Part shown: in pieces, positions 21,166 through 31,248 of the stretch
How the letters are laid out: each line of letters opens with the position of its first letter
Numbering within the stretch: the stretch's first letter is position 1
Position numbers and translations under genes: made by a program
Notes under the pieces: generated by a model
Seen by the model: only the letters and a program-made list of their open reading frames with translations
Database searches by the model: none
Told to the model about the DNA's origin: nothing
Virus record (IMG/VR): IMGVR_UViG_3300009034_000001
Location: 1-64,000 of that record
Direction: 5' to 3' (one strand)
Length of the DNA stretch: 64,000 bases

Positions 21166-23454
21166 CTATGCTTCCATCAGTCTTGACAATTGATCAATCA
21201 ACATTTTAAGTGACGTCCTCAGAGGGTGTCCCTCTGGCAACATGTCAATTGTAACTTCGAAGTATTGTCTACTTAACCTTAAGTAATAAAAGCCCAGCTC
21301 TTTGGCGGGGGCGTAAAATTGAGACTCCAAGCCTAATGCTTTCTTTAATAACTTCTCCGCTTCCGGGTCAAGCGAATTTTGTTCAATTAAATGTACGGCC
21401 ATGGAAAACCAAGGACGTGGATCCTTGGGAGACTTTTCGGCCATTTTCTGATACATGGACCAATAGTGATCAAGTTTCTTCCCAACGTCCACCTTCGGCT
21501 TGAGATATCCAAAATGATCCACCACCGTTCTTGATCGATGCACATCCAAATTCAACTTATGCGCGCAGTAGTCAACTGTTTCATGAACGTGGCCAGTATA
21601 TTCCATCTTTTGTGGATTCCTCATGAGCCTAATTGTTTCCGAAAAGGATGGCTTACTTGCTTGAGGTATCCAATTGTGTACACTGAAACAGAAACAATCT
21701 ACGTGTGGATTATCCAATTGTCGATTCAATATTCTTAAATCGTGTATCCGTTCGTCGATATCAAGATGCTGAAACCATGGAGTTGAAACCTCCTTAAGAA
21801 TTTTATTACGACAAACGTCAAAGCCATCATCAATTGATCCAGTTAAAATCCTTACATTGTATAATTGTGCTAACTCGATGGAGCCATCTGTACTTCCCGT
21901 ATCTAACAGAATAACTTCGTCAAAGAAAGCAGACGCAATTTTTAAATATTCATCAAGGATGCCAACTTCATTTTTCATTACCGATCCAACAGTACATTGA
22001 GCATCTTCCGAGAAGTGTGAAATTTTAACATCTGTATCAATCAAGAACTTGTAATCTTTATCTCCCGCCAACATTGGATCAGGATTTGGATCGAGCTTTG
22101 TATAAAAGTCAAATTTCTTCCTCCTCATTTCCTCGGTCAAGTATCCAAAATGTTTAATTCTAATTGAACTTTGTGCATGATACTCAATAGGATAATAAGG
22201 CACATTTCCTACGTGTATCTTTGTATTCTTGTGACCTCGGTCCTTCCACCAATCAATTTTACATCCTTTATACACTTTACAAATACGAGGCATATCTGCA
22301 AAACCAAAGTGCTTATCGGTTCGATAGTTATTTTCATCATTCCACATTGTATAATACTGTAACCTTAAACAAAGCGTCTCCGGCGAAAGTTTCCTTAACA
22401 TCTGTTCAATATACATTCGGTCAACCTTATCCTCAGGAATTTCATCTGCATCTATCGACCATAACCAATTGCAACTATGCTGAATAGTAGCCAAATCAAC
22501 CAAATCCTGCCGTTGATCAAGTTCATCTTTCCTTTCCTTATCCTTATAGTAGATAATATTATCATATCTCCGGAGGACCAAGGTGATATCTAATGGAGAA
22601 TCATCATCCAAGATAAATATCCAATCTCCAATTTGTGACATCTTTTTAATCGATTTGTCAAACAACTTCAACTCATCTTGGTCTTCAATCCTGACGCGGT
22701 ACATAACACCTAATACTAAAGGTTCTTCTTTAACCTTCTGTCTCCAACGTTTTAAAAACGGAATTCTTGAACTACCACCAATCATATCCCACTGTGGTGG
22801 CAATGCCACACCGCGCCTAAACACATATCCATCGGAACATACGTAGGAATGGAAACCAGCAAGGTATAAACGTAAAATGAAATCCACATCCTCAACACCT
22901 TCATAAAGTTCTTCAACGAAACCGTTAACAGCATCAAAAGCTGACTTCTTAACAAACATACAAAAACTGGTTAAGTAACCCACTTCCCAAAAACGAGGAA
23001 AGCCCTTTGAATGTAGCTTGTCCTGAACCGATTGCACATTATCTGCAGTTGCACCTCTCAAATCAAGTCGTTGCTGACCAGGTACGTTGTTGCACAACGG
23101 TCCTATTGCTCCAACGGGAGCACGTAGCTGCAAACCGACGTCTTCAATAGCCATTTCCAATTGTTCAACAATGCCGCTAGGAAGTACAATATCATCAGCA
23201 AGAAACAAAATGTATTCGCCTTGTGCCTCTTTCGCACCGGCATTACAAGCTCCAGCCCTATTAAGGTTGGTTGCTTTTATAACCTTACCATCCGGAAGTG
23301 TGCTTACAAGTGTTTCAATAACCTTAACATTGTCAGGAGTACAATCAGCACAAACTACAATAACCTCCGCGGATGTAGACTTTAAACTCTCCAAACACTG
23401 AGTTAAGTGTGAAACGTTGTTACATGTTGGAACTACAATCGACGTTTGATTCAT
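21166..23454 (-). CDS. Multidomain glycosyltransferase (three GT2-like domains plus TPR-like C-terminus)
   Basis: SIVVPT...LADD...EDVDF; LDD.S...IDADE...HFGY; KNE...DTGSTDGS...LDIDE...VHE...HFGY; helical tail. Confidence 0.85.
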   Translation of the reverse strand: MNQTSIVVPTCNNVSHLTQCLESLKSTSAEVIVVCADCTPDNVKVIETLVSTLPDGKVIKATNLNRAGACNAGAKEAQGEYILFLADDIVLPSGIVEQLEMAIEDVGLQLRAPVGAIGPLCNNVPGQQRLDLRGATADNVQSVQDKLHSKGFPRFWEVGYLTSFCMFVKKSAFDAVNGFVEELYEGVEDVDFILRLYLAGFHSYVCSDGYVFRRGVALPPQWDMIGGSSRIPFLKRWRQKVKEEPLVLGVMYRVRIEDQDELKLFDKSIKKMSQIGDWIFILDDDSPLDITLVLRRYDNIIYYKDKERKDELDQRQDLVDLATIQHSCNWLWSIDADEIPEDKVDRMYIEQMLRKLSPETLCLRLQYYTMWNDENNYRTDKHFGFADMPRICKVYKGCKIDWWKDRGHKNTKIHVGNVPYYPIEYHAQSSIRIKHFGYLTEEMRRKKFDFYTKLDPNPDPMLAGDKDYKFLIDTDVKISHFSEDAQCTVGSVMKNEVGILDEYLKIASAFFDEVILLDTGSTDGSIELAQLYNVRILTGSIDDGFDVCRNKILKEVSTPWFQHLDIDERIHDLRILNRQLDNPHVDCFCFSVHNWIPQASKPSFSETIRLMRNPQKMEYTGHVHETVDYCAHKLNLDVHRSRTVVDHFGYLKPKVDVGKKLDHYWSMYQKMAEKSPKDPRPWFSMAVHLIEQNSLDPEAEKLLKKALGLESQFYAPAKELGFYYLRLSRQYFEVTIDMLPEGHPLRTSLKMLIDQLSRLMEA

Positions 23455-23466
23455 ATTACATCCCCC

Positions 23467-23709
23467 TTAGTCTTGATAGTCCGTAGGGTGTTCTATAACT
23501 TCCAACACCACACGTTTCTTGAAAATTTTCATGATTTGTTTTTCGGGATTTCTAGCCGCCCAACTGCCAAGAGTACTTAACGAGTCGAATACATAGTAAC
23601 ACTGTTCCGAACCTGAACACTTATAGTATACCAAGTACTCCCATGTACTCAGGGGCCAGAAAACAAACATCCAGCATAGAAGTAAAGAGATTAAAAGGTT
23701 CTTAATCAT
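23467..23709 (-). CDS. Small secreted or membrane protein
   Basis: N-terminal signal-like hydrophobic segment. Confidence 0.6.
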   Translation of the reverse strand: MIKNLLISLLLCWMFVFWPLSTWEYLVYYKCSGSEQCYYVFDSLSTLGSWAARNPEKQIMKIFKKRVVLEVIEHPTDYQD

Positions 23710-23723
23710 TTTTTCCTCCTTGT

Positions 23724-23966
23724 CTATAGGTTCTTTGCTTTTTTGATCACTTCGTAAAGTTCTTTTCTTGTGGAAATCATCTGTGGATGTTCTGCCAAGA
23801 CCAATTTAACCATCTTGCCAAACACATCGTAATGTGGAATTCTTTTTGCTTGAAACCACACTCGTTTCAAACCAACACGTTGTGCAAACGCATGTAACTC
23901 GTTTAAACTTTCATCAGATAAAAGGTGGATACCATCAAAATAAATTGACATATATTGTATTGTCAC
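23724..23966 (-). CDS. DUF4031 family protein
   Basis: HLLSD...ELHAFA..VGLKR.WFQ...PHYD. Confidence 0.8.
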   Translation of the reverse strand: MTIQYMSIYFDGIHLLSDESLNELHAFAQRVGLKRVWFQAKRIPHYDVFGKMVKLVLAEHPQMISTRKELYEVIKKAKNL

Positions 23967-24082
23967 TAACTTATTAGTAGTTTATACTTGGATTATGTAC
24001 CCTAAATTAGTACTGTAGTGGAATTTAAACTAGTTTTTTTAGTCTACCTTTATGGTAGAGTTAATTTTAACACTCTATAGCT

Positions 24083-24111
24083 AGTTTAAACTCTTCTGAT
24101 AAATTTGTCAA
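24083..24111 (-). promoter_or_regulatory. sigma70-type promoter
   Basis: TTGACA-N17-TAAACT on the minus strand in an intergenic gap. Confidence 0.7.
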
Positions 24112-24696
24112 TTACTTTTTACAACATAATTTGGAAAATGCCAATAACTTCCTTTTGTAAACGTAGCGTGTACCTCCATCGTGCCACAGCTGATAGTCTA
24201 ATTTGAAAGTTGGAGAACCAAATACCGAAACTGCGTATGAAAACTCAACATCATTCATATCTACTAAAAGAATTCCATCCATTTCCAAACGTTCTTCGAC
24301 CATCCCTTTCAAGAACGAATCGACAAACAAACCTTTTACCAATCCTAATATTAAGATCACATTGAATGTATAATGTTCAAAATTGCAATCTTCAATTCGG
24401 CCGACATTAATCCTTACTGAACTATCCAAAAGTGCTGAGTAACTACATATAAATTGTTTTGCCGCGGTTTTTGATACATCGTTGTACATATAAAGTTTGA
24501 CGTCAGATTTAATAAGTGGAAGTATTGCCCCGGTACCTCCGGCAACATCCAAAACACGTAAAGGCTTTTTACAAACCCTGTTAATGAAAAAGTGGCACAA
24601 GTTAAACTTAATAGTAACAAAATCTGTTTTCAAATAGTCATATGCACCTCCAGACCACATCCTCTCCTGTGCCTTTACGTCACGCCACATTTTCAT
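24112..24696 (-). CDS. Class I SAM-dependent methyltransferase
   Basis: VLDVAGGTG motif I; NDVS. Confidence 0.8.
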   Translation of the reverse strand: MKMWRDVKAQERMWSGGAYDYLKTDFVTIKFNLCHFFINRVCKKPLRVLDVAGGTGAILPLIKSDVKLYMYNDVSKTAAKQFICSYSALLDSSVRINVGRIEDCNFEHYTFNVILILGLVKGLFVDSFLKGMVEERLEMDGILLVDMNDVEFSYAVSVFGSPTFKLDYQLWHDGGTRYVYKRKLLAFSKLCCKK

Positions 24697-25376
24697 TTTA
24701 ATTTCCTTATAAGTGAGAAACCTGCTTTCCCCGGAAAACGTATTATATCATAACAATTTAAAGCCTTACGTAGTTGATGTACCAACCGCGGTTCGTGATA
24801 CTGATCATCTTGAGCTGTATCATGAACCAAGATGAAACCACCTGGTTTTACAAACTTACCAATTTTTTTAAAATCAAACTCCACATCATCTTTTTTATCA
24901 GAACCATCAATAAAAAGTAAATCAATTTCTGGCGGAGCTTTACACAGTTCACTTTTTTTAAAGAACTCCCGGTTTGTAAGTTTGTAATGTGTAATCCAAT
25001 TTGTATTTAAGCCAACAGACTCAAACCGCTCCTTAACCTTGTGAGGATCAGACCAACAATCACTGCGGTGATAAGATGGATCAACGAAGTGGACACGGCC
25101 AACGTTGTTGTCTCTTGCAGCTAAAGCTAAGCACATTGGAACAAATCCAAAGCCACTACCAATACAAACAATCACTCGTGGTTTGTAAATTCGTACGATT
25201 CCGTAATAAAAATAGCCGTATCCCAAATTGTCAGTGTCACATTCATAACCCGGCTTCTCCGTTTCGGTTAATTGATTATATCTATATTTAGGTACACCCG
25301 TCTGATGGCAAAACGGACCACCAATATCCAAAAGTTTTAAACACGCCTCTTTGTCAAACAATTTCATATTTATCAC
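24693..25376 (-). CDS. Class I SAM-dependent methyltransferase (Methyltransf_24-like)
   Basis: IGSGFG, IDLLFIDG, KPGG.ILVHD. Confidence 0.85.
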   Translation of the reverse strand: MINMKLFDKEACLKLLDIGGPFCHQTGVPKYRYNQLTETEKPGYECDTDNLGYGYFYYGIVRIYKPRVIVCIGSGFGFVPMCLALAARDNNVGRVHFVDPSYHRSDCWSDPHKVKERFESVGLNTNWITHYKLTNREFFKKSELCKAPPEIDLLFIDGSDKKDDVEFDFKKIGKFVKPGGFILVHDTAQDDQYHEPRLVHQLRKALNCYDIIRFPGKAGFSLIRKLK

Positions 25377-25382
25377 CTTGAC

Positions 25383-26306
25383 TTACACAGGTAAAATCTC
25401 CGACTTTTTCAAAATACGAACCTTTGTTTTCCTTCCCTTCTTCTTCTTTTTCTTTTTTACGCCATTTTCAAACGCAATCCCAACAACGGGTTTGGGTTCC
25501 TTCGATATTTTTTTAGCTGTTTCAACATAATCAACACAATTAACATAATCAGTATAGAAAGTTTCTGGAATCCTATCAACAGACCCCCAAATAGGGTACT
25601 TAATATGATAGTCCTTCCACTGATCTTTTTTCCACTTTAACATATTTGAGGCTAATTGTGCATGTTTGCTACGTGGCGTAGTTCGGGGATGCCACATGTG
25701 AAACAAATCACACTTCGAAATACATTGAAAAGGCCAGCCCCAAGCTCGTAGTTTTGACCAGAGTCCATTATCCTCGCCACCCCAACCTTCAAAGATTTCA
25801 GGAAAACCTTGAACCTCAACGAAAACCTGTCTTGGAACAACTATAACACCGCCAGCCGCACTACCCGGAGTAGGTATCTTAAATTTACTGGTCCTAGAAC
25901 AATTCTTTGTATCAAAGTAAATTTTATTCTCGCTTTGTGACCAGACATAAATCTGACTCCATCCCGCTTTTGGAACCGTTGTTTCGCGAACCTTTGATAT
26001 ATAGTTTGTTGGAAAAATCAAATCTGCATCTGCAAGTACCAACCATTCCCTATTGGCAAGAAGTTGAACAGCAACGTTAAAGGCCCATCCTCGGTTAAAT
26101 AAGCCCGTTGACTTTACAAACTTATATCTAAAGGTGGTACAACCTTGTGGAATTGGAACATTATGTAACTCACGTTTTGGACCAATTTCAAGCAAACAAA
26201 ATTGTGCCCAGTCATTACCTGTAAAATGTAAACTGTCAATTGATGCCTTCAACAAAGGTAACCGAGTTTCATGATGTTGATAAATCATTACGAATGACAT
26301 ATCCAT
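25383..26306 (-). CDS. GT2/GT7C-like glycosyltransferase
   Basis: FNRGW..N, DAD, GFPE.FEGWGGED, H.WHP; paralog of 30529..31239. Confidence 0.85.
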   Translation of the reverse strand: MDMSFVMIYQHHETRLPLLKASIDSLHFTGNDWAQFCLLEIGPKRELHNVPIPQGCTTFRYKFVKSTGLFNRGWAFNVAVQLLANREWLVLADADLIFPTNYISKVRETTVPKAGWSQIYVWSQSENKIYFDTKNCSRTSKFKIPTPGSAAGGVIVVPRQVFVEVQGFPEIFEGWGGEDNGLWSKLRAWGWPFQCISKCDLFHMWHPRTTPRSKHAQLASNMLKWKKDQWKDYHIKYPIWGSVDRIPETFYTDYVNCVDYVETAKKISKEPKPVVGIAFENGVKKKKKKKGRKTKVRILKKSEILPV

Positions 26307-26321
26307 AAAAAATCCACCTCC

Positions 26322-27416
26322 TTATAATTGGCGACCTTGTGATTCCTCAATGTTTAAATCTGAAATAGTACCTAAAAGATGATTAGTAAATTTGGTTATA
26401 AATGATACGTGGAAATCATGTTTAATTTCAAACATTGGATCTCTTCCGATGACTTTACAAATTTCGTTTAGAAACTGTTTTGCACGTACTTCCATTGAAT
26501 GATACTTATGGATAAATTCCATTCCATTTAATACAATTCGTTCACGCTCTTTATCATGTGCTAACCACCATTCAACCTGCTCGGCAATATTCCTAACATC
26601 AAGACAAACCATATTCTCCTGAGGATCAAATCCAAGTATTCTTAACTCCGGAAACCAATCACCAATTAATAACGTATTACACGCCGGAATCTCAAAGTAC
26701 TTTAAAACTGGATAATGTAATTTACTTCCGGTTGTGGTACAAATCTTCGAGGAACTTAACAATTTTGCATACTGTCTACCTCTATAACTATTTGATCCGC
26801 GTTTACTTGGGTCCTCAGAAGGTCTGTCAACTGTATAAAAGTACGATTTACCCTGGAGATATCTAATAATTTGTTGTCGCATGGGGTAGTAAACCGGACT
26901 AGCAACCCCTGTATGTAGAACCTCTATACTTTTCCCTAGGCCGTAATCTTTAAATACGTCCATGTCTACAGCGTGAGGCAACCAGAAACACTTATGTCCC
27001 TTGCAAATAGTAGGATGGAAGGTTTGTAATGGAAGTTTGTACCTATGGAACACAACATCAAAATTAAACTCCTTTATCATCTCCACCTGCCACTTGACAA
27101 TAGGCCCATGTAAATCCTCAAGTAGTACACCTTTTGGACATCTGATTTCATCCCAGCCGTCATTTATAAATCCAAAGAGGGCATCAGTAAACACAAAATC
27201 AAATTCCTCTTTCGAACTTCTCAAATACGACAGCATTGTTTGTTTACGCCTTATATTTCCAGACATTGCCTGCCGACTAAACTGGCCAGCTTCTAAACCT
27301 TCCGTGGACTGTCGAATACATATCACATCAGTCAACCTTGACGCAGCATTTTGGAAGGCATCAAAGTGTTGTGCAACACGTGAACTTCTATCAATCGTAA
27401 GCCAAAGAATCTTCAT
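26322..27416 (-). CDS. GT-B glycosyltransferase (CgeB/Glyco_trans_1_2-like)
   Basis: WLPHAVD, YP.R, YA.LL..SKI, KYFEIPAC.TLL, ERERI..NG. Confidence 0.85.
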   Translation of the reverse strand: MKILWLTIDRSSRVAQHFDAFQNAASRLTDVICIRQSTEGLEAGQFSRQAMSGNIRRKQTMLSYLRSSKEEFDFVFTDALFGFINDGWDEIRCPKGVLLEDLHGPIVKWQVEMIKEFNFDVVFHRYKLPLQTFHPTICKGHKCFWLPHAVDMDVFKDYGLGKSIEVLHTGVASPVYYPMRQQIIRYLQGKSYFYTVDRPSEDPSKRGSNSYRGRQYAKLLSSSKICTTTGSKLHYPVLKYFEIPACNTLLIGDWFPELRILGFDPQENMVCLDVRNIAEQVEWWLAHDKERERIVLNGMEFIHKYHSMEVRAKQFLNEICKVIGRDPMFEIKHDFHVSFITKFTNHLLGTISDLNIEESQGRQL

Positions 27417-27420
27417 TCAA

Positions 27421-27852
27421 CTACTTCCAACAATTACAAATTTTTGTATCCATATTGTTAAAGTTCCAGCCTCTTCTCATTCCCAACGTAAAGCCAAAAA
27501 ATAGTGGTAGATAAACATACCATATAGGATATGCCAAAAACGAAGACAAATTAACTAACGTCAAGCCAAGGGTGTACTCATAGCCCATGAAGTGTTCCCA
27601 CTTCCCATTTATTGTGTTCTTTGTAAGCGGGAACGGTAACCCAACTCCACACCAACGTTTAATATGATGTAATATACATCCTACACCCAGCAATAAAGAT
27701 GTTACAGACACAATTATCCTCCAAGCAGGGAAGTCAGCAACAAAAATGTTGGAAAATGTTGCTAGTATCATGCCAAGTAAAATAAAGCTTGCAGAAGTAA
27801 TCAACTTGGCCTTTGATGTTGATTCCAAATACTTTAATAAAGCTGATTTCAT
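27421..27852 (-). CDS. Multi-pass membrane protein
   Basis: About four hydrophobic segments; lies inside the GT island. Confidence 0.7.
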   Translation of the reverse strand: MKSALLKYLESTSKAKLITSASFILLGMILATFSNIFVADFPAWRIIVSVTSLLLGVGCILHHIKRWCGVGLPFPLTKNTINGKWEHFMGYEYTLGLTLVNLSSFLAYPIWYVYLPLFFGFTLGMRRGWNFNNMDTKICNCWK

Positions 27853-27861
27853 CTCTTCCTC

Positions 27862-28674
27862 CTAATTTGGTGGGAAACCCCACTTTTGTATAAAATAGTC
27901 ACGACTACGTTGAGTAATATTTCTGTTGTACCGCGTCTTCATATACTCAGGAGGGCCGCCGCCATCATTCCAAGCATTTAATTGTGGAATTGACAAAATT
28001 GCACTTTTCCAACGAGCCTCTTTCATTTGAAGACAAAAATCAAAATCGCCCCATCCAATATAGTAATTCTGGTCAAGTTCGCAGGTATCAAAAACTTCAC
28101 GCCTCGTCAACTTTGTGGCTGATCCCATCGTGACTACATAATCTAATGGCCCTTTAATTGATCTACTGACAAGTCTGCCGTTAAATAAATTACATGCCAT
28201 AGGTGTTGGAGTACAACTTAACGAAACAGCCCCGAGCTCCTTATGCTGTTCCAACAATGTTACTAACGCTTCCAAGCCTCCACGTGGTACAATCATATCA
28301 CTATCAAGTGTCCATACATACGGAGTATCAAACTTTGTCAACGCCCTTTCAACAATATCATGTCGTGGTTTACCGGTACCAAGATTACCCATTGTAAATT
28401 GAATGTCACAAACGTGAAATTTTTGACCTAGATCCACAATTCGATCTTTATATTTCTCATCTAGACATTCTCGGCCCTGAACTCGCAAACACAAATTTAT
28501 AGGAATTTCAACGGCGGAAAGCGTTTTACCCAACGTCCTTACAAGTTTTTCGGGCCTTAACCAGGATAACATTGCAATCGTTACAAAAGGTGTCTTTGTT
28601 GAAAGTACCCTATCAAGTACTTCAACGTTAAACCCATCCCACAAGCCAGACAAGTATTTCGTTAGCTCATCCAT
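27862..28674 (-). CDS. GT2 family glycosyltransferase
   Basis: LDSDM (DxD), D..Y.IGWGD.DFC. Confidence 0.8.
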   Translation of the reverse strand: MDELTKYLSGLWDGFNVEVLDRVLSTKTPFVTIAMLSWLRPEKLVRTLGKTLSAVEIPINLCLRVQGRECLDEKYKDRIVDLGQKFHVCDIQFTMGNLGTGKPRHDIVERALTKFDTPYVWTLDSDMIVPRGGLEALVTLLEQHKELGAVSLSCTPTPMACNLFNGRLVSRSIKGPLDYVVTMGSATKLTRREVFDTCELDQNYYIGWGDFDFCLQMKEARWKSAILSIPQLNAWNDGGGPPEYMKTRYNRNITQRSRDYFIQKWGFPPN

Positions 28675-29286
28675 CTACCGCTTCCTCCATATACCAAGTC
28701 TTTGAAACTCAAGCCGGTCATGACCTAACTCTCTTATTTGTTCCCAAGTTGAAGGAATACTAAAATTGGAAAAGTTGCGTACTATAAAGTGTCCTCGTTC
28801 AGAGCCGACGTACTCGTTATTGGAACGTAAAAATGACAACGCTATGCCTCTCGATGAGCCGTTAAACAACCAATAAAGAAACCTTTGGCACAATTCATCT
28901 TCCACAATGTGAAATATAACATCGAAGCAGAGAAACATGTCAAAACGTGTATTAATATCAGACTTCACAAGGTCTGAGATCTTCATACCTACAAAATTTA
29001 TATCGGGAAACTTTACCTTACACATAGAAATGATTTCCTCGGAGCCATCCAAACCCGAATAACTAAACTCCCGATCTTTAAACGTTTTACAAGAAGAAAT
29101 CACTGACAAGTCACCACAGCCTATGTCAAGTAGTGTTTTGAAACCAATTGTGTCCCACGCAATCCTCAGCGCGTTGCACTTTTGTTCAGCCCACTGACCG
29201 AAGGAACCCCAACCACAATGACCATCCCGCTTATATCTTTGAGTCCAATACCTCAAGGCTTCATTTTCATTTTTTATCTTTTGCAT
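28675..29286 (-). CDS. Class I SAM-dependent methyltransferase
   Basis: YW..RY...G.GS, LLDIGCGD, GLDGS, DVIFH. Confidence 0.85.
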   Translation of the reverse strand: MQKIKNENEALRYWTQRYKRDGHCGWGSFGQWAEQKCNALRIAWDTIGFKTLLDIGCGDLSVISSCKTFKDREFSYSGLDGSEEIISMCKVKFPDINFVGMKISDLVKSDINTRFDMFLCFDVIFHIVEDELCQRFLYWLFNGSSRGIALSFLRSNNEYVGSERGHFIVRNFSNFSIPSTWEQIRELGHDRLEFQRLGIWRKR

Positions 29287-30001
29287 ATGGGAACCTTGAA
29301 AACACTCGTTTGCACAACTTTGTTAAAATTGAATTTGGATATCGTAAAAGCCAGCTTTCATCAATATGTAACCGATGTGTCATATTTCCAAAATAATGGA
29401 TTGAAAAGGAGTTTGGGAACACGTCGCCATCGTTTAGCAAAATTGGAATACCCCTTGTCTTTAAATTTTGTGAATTTTGTCCGCAGGAAAAGGGATGAAA
29501 AACTTCCTTTGGATGTGTTAATCCCAATCCATATCTTTTACAGGCATTGGTAAAGACATTGACGTTGTTCCACCCTGGCTTCCAATTTGCAATACACTCT
29601 TTAAATATGAGGTGGCCCTTAGGGGCTTTAATTATGCCTATAGCAAACATTCCCTCCTCGTCTTCTGAGTCCCTTGAAATTATCCATTCCATATTAGGGA
29701 AAGCTTTTAAAGCAATTAGATCGGTATCACAATATAAACCGCCACACTCATACAAAAATGTAAACTGCCATAAGTCAGATAGTGTTCTAACATTACCACC
29801 ACGTTGCAAGAAGCTGTCATCAACTATTGTGTGTGCATCAACAATTTCAACACCCTCATTATCATCGATCCAATACTTACTTTCTGGCGTTTGACCAGAC
29901 AACCAAACCTTTACACCATGGCCCGCCACTAAGTGACTCAAGATTGAAAGGCGATTTAAAAATTGAAAATCATCTCCATGCCAGAAAAAGTTGACTATCA
30001 T
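29267..30001 (-). CDS. DxD-motif glycosyltransferase (GT32/Gly_transf_sug-like)
   Basis: FFW.G, LSD..., GGLYCDTD. Start placed at the ATGA overlap (30001) rather than 30055. Confidence 0.8.
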   Translation of the reverse strand: MIVNFFWHGDDFQFLNRLSILSHLVAGHGVKVWLSGQTPESKYWIDDNEGVEIVDAHTIVDDSFLQRGGNVRTLSDLWQFTFLYECGGLYCDTDLIALKAFPNMEWIISRDSEDEEGMFAIGIIKAPKGHLIFKECIANWKPGWNNVNVFTNACKRYGLGLTHPKEVFHPFSCGQNSQNLKTRGIPILLNDGDVFPNSFSIHYFGNMTHRLHIDESWLLRYPNSILTKLCKRVFSRFPYAKDKK

Positions 30002-30513
30002 ACTTCCTCCAAACATAACTGCTTCTTTGACTTCCTTATCAACGACAGACCGCATTGTGGACCGGGTAACGTTACTATTTCAAACATGACCCTGTACTTA
30101 GGATTCACCCTTATTTCCCAAGCAGCTTCCCAAGCGTTTGAACATCGATCATCCTGTAACATAAATTCGGACATAGGGCAGGTGTCGTGTATTGCAATTA
30201 ATCCACTACCCTCCCTAACAAACCTTGAAAAATTGTCAAAGTCCATCAAAACTTGTTCCTTCCGGTGATCCGCATCGATAAATAGGAAATCAATGGGATC
30301 CGACCAAACTTCGGCAAATTTATCAGTACTCATTTTGTACATTTCGACGTGAGGTAAGTCTACAATATTTGAATGCTTTATATCAACCGCAACCGCCCTT
30401 TCTACGAGAGGTGCAATTCGGTTGAAGGTCACGCCTCCAAGGATACCAAGCTCCACGTAGGTATGCGGTTTCTGAATCTTAACAAGTAATTCTAAGAAAG
30501 CGGTATATTCCAA
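29998..30513 (-). CDS. Class I SAM-dependent methyltransferase (Methyltransf_24-like)
   Basis: YVELG..GG, IDFLFIDADH, IAIHD. Confidence 0.85.
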   Translation of the reverse strand: MEYTAFLELLVKIQKPHTYVELGILGGVTFNRIAPLVERAVAVDIKHSNIVDLPHVEMYKMSTDKFAEVWSDPIDFLFIDADHRKEQVLMDFDNFSRFVREGSGLIAIHDTCPMSEFMLQDDRCSNAWEAAWEIRVNPKYRVMFEIVTLPGPQCGLSLIRKSKKQLCLEEV

Positions 30514-30528
30514 ATGTGACCTCCAATG

Positions 30529-31239
30529 TCACTTGGGCACGGAACCCCAATCCTTGATAAAATCCAACCAAATTGACTTTGGCCACGCCGACATCTTAAA
30601 TGCATCATATCTATTTGACGCTTTTGGCCCCGTTTCCGGATGCCAAAGGTGCCAAAGTTCGGAGTTTATAAATTTGAAAGGGTAACCGAACGACTGCAAC
30701 TTCCACCAGAAAAGGTTGTCTTCACCACCCCATCCTTCGAACATCTCTGGGAACCCTTTAATTTCATAATAAACTTCCCTTGGAATTATACTAACCCCGC
30801 CACATGCACTTCTAGGCATAGGCATCCAAGTGTAATCCCCGTTACCAAGTTGACCAGAAGTAAGATATTCTTCAGTTTCCTTCCTTGTTAAACAATGAAG
30901 TTTCCTCCAACCGATAACAGGATAATCAATCTGTTTGACCACTTCAAGCCAATCGCGTGGAAATATCAAATCGGCGTCAGATAGAATGAGTTGTGCGCCG
31001 TTAGACAATTGAGTAACGCCTACATTCATTAGCCAACCTCTATTAAACGCCCGAGTCGTCGGGATAAACAAATACTTAAATCGTTTAATGAAATCAAACT
31101 CAAAAATTGTTTGAGTTTCGCCAACTTCAACTATACATAACTCAAGCTCATCAAGTGGTAGTGTCTTCAACATTGCTATTAGTAGTGGTAGACGTTTTGG
31201 ATGATGTTGATATGGTACTACAAATGAATATTTTAGCAT
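30529..31239 (-). CDS. GT2/GT7C-like glycosyltransferase
   Basis: FNRGW.MN, DAD, GFPE.FEGWGGED, HLWHP. Confidence 0.85.
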   Translation of the reverse strand: MLKYSFVVPYQHHPKRLPLLIAMLKTLPLDELELCIVEVGETQTIFEFDFIKRFKYLFIPTTRAFNRGWLMNVGVTQLSNGAQLILSDADLIFPRDWLEVVKQIDYPVIGWRKLHCLTRKETEEYLTSGQLGNGDYTWMPMPRSACGGVSIIPREVYYEIKGFPEMFEGWGGEDNLFWWKLQSFGYPFKFINSELWHLWHPETGPKASNRYDAFKMSAWPKSIWLDFIKDWGSVPK

Positions 31240-31248
31240 AATACTGCC

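Noticed and set aside
24002-24014. 13-mer CTAAATTAGTACT also at 52958-52970
   Set aside because: Only two AT-rich copies in different positional contexts; could be chance.
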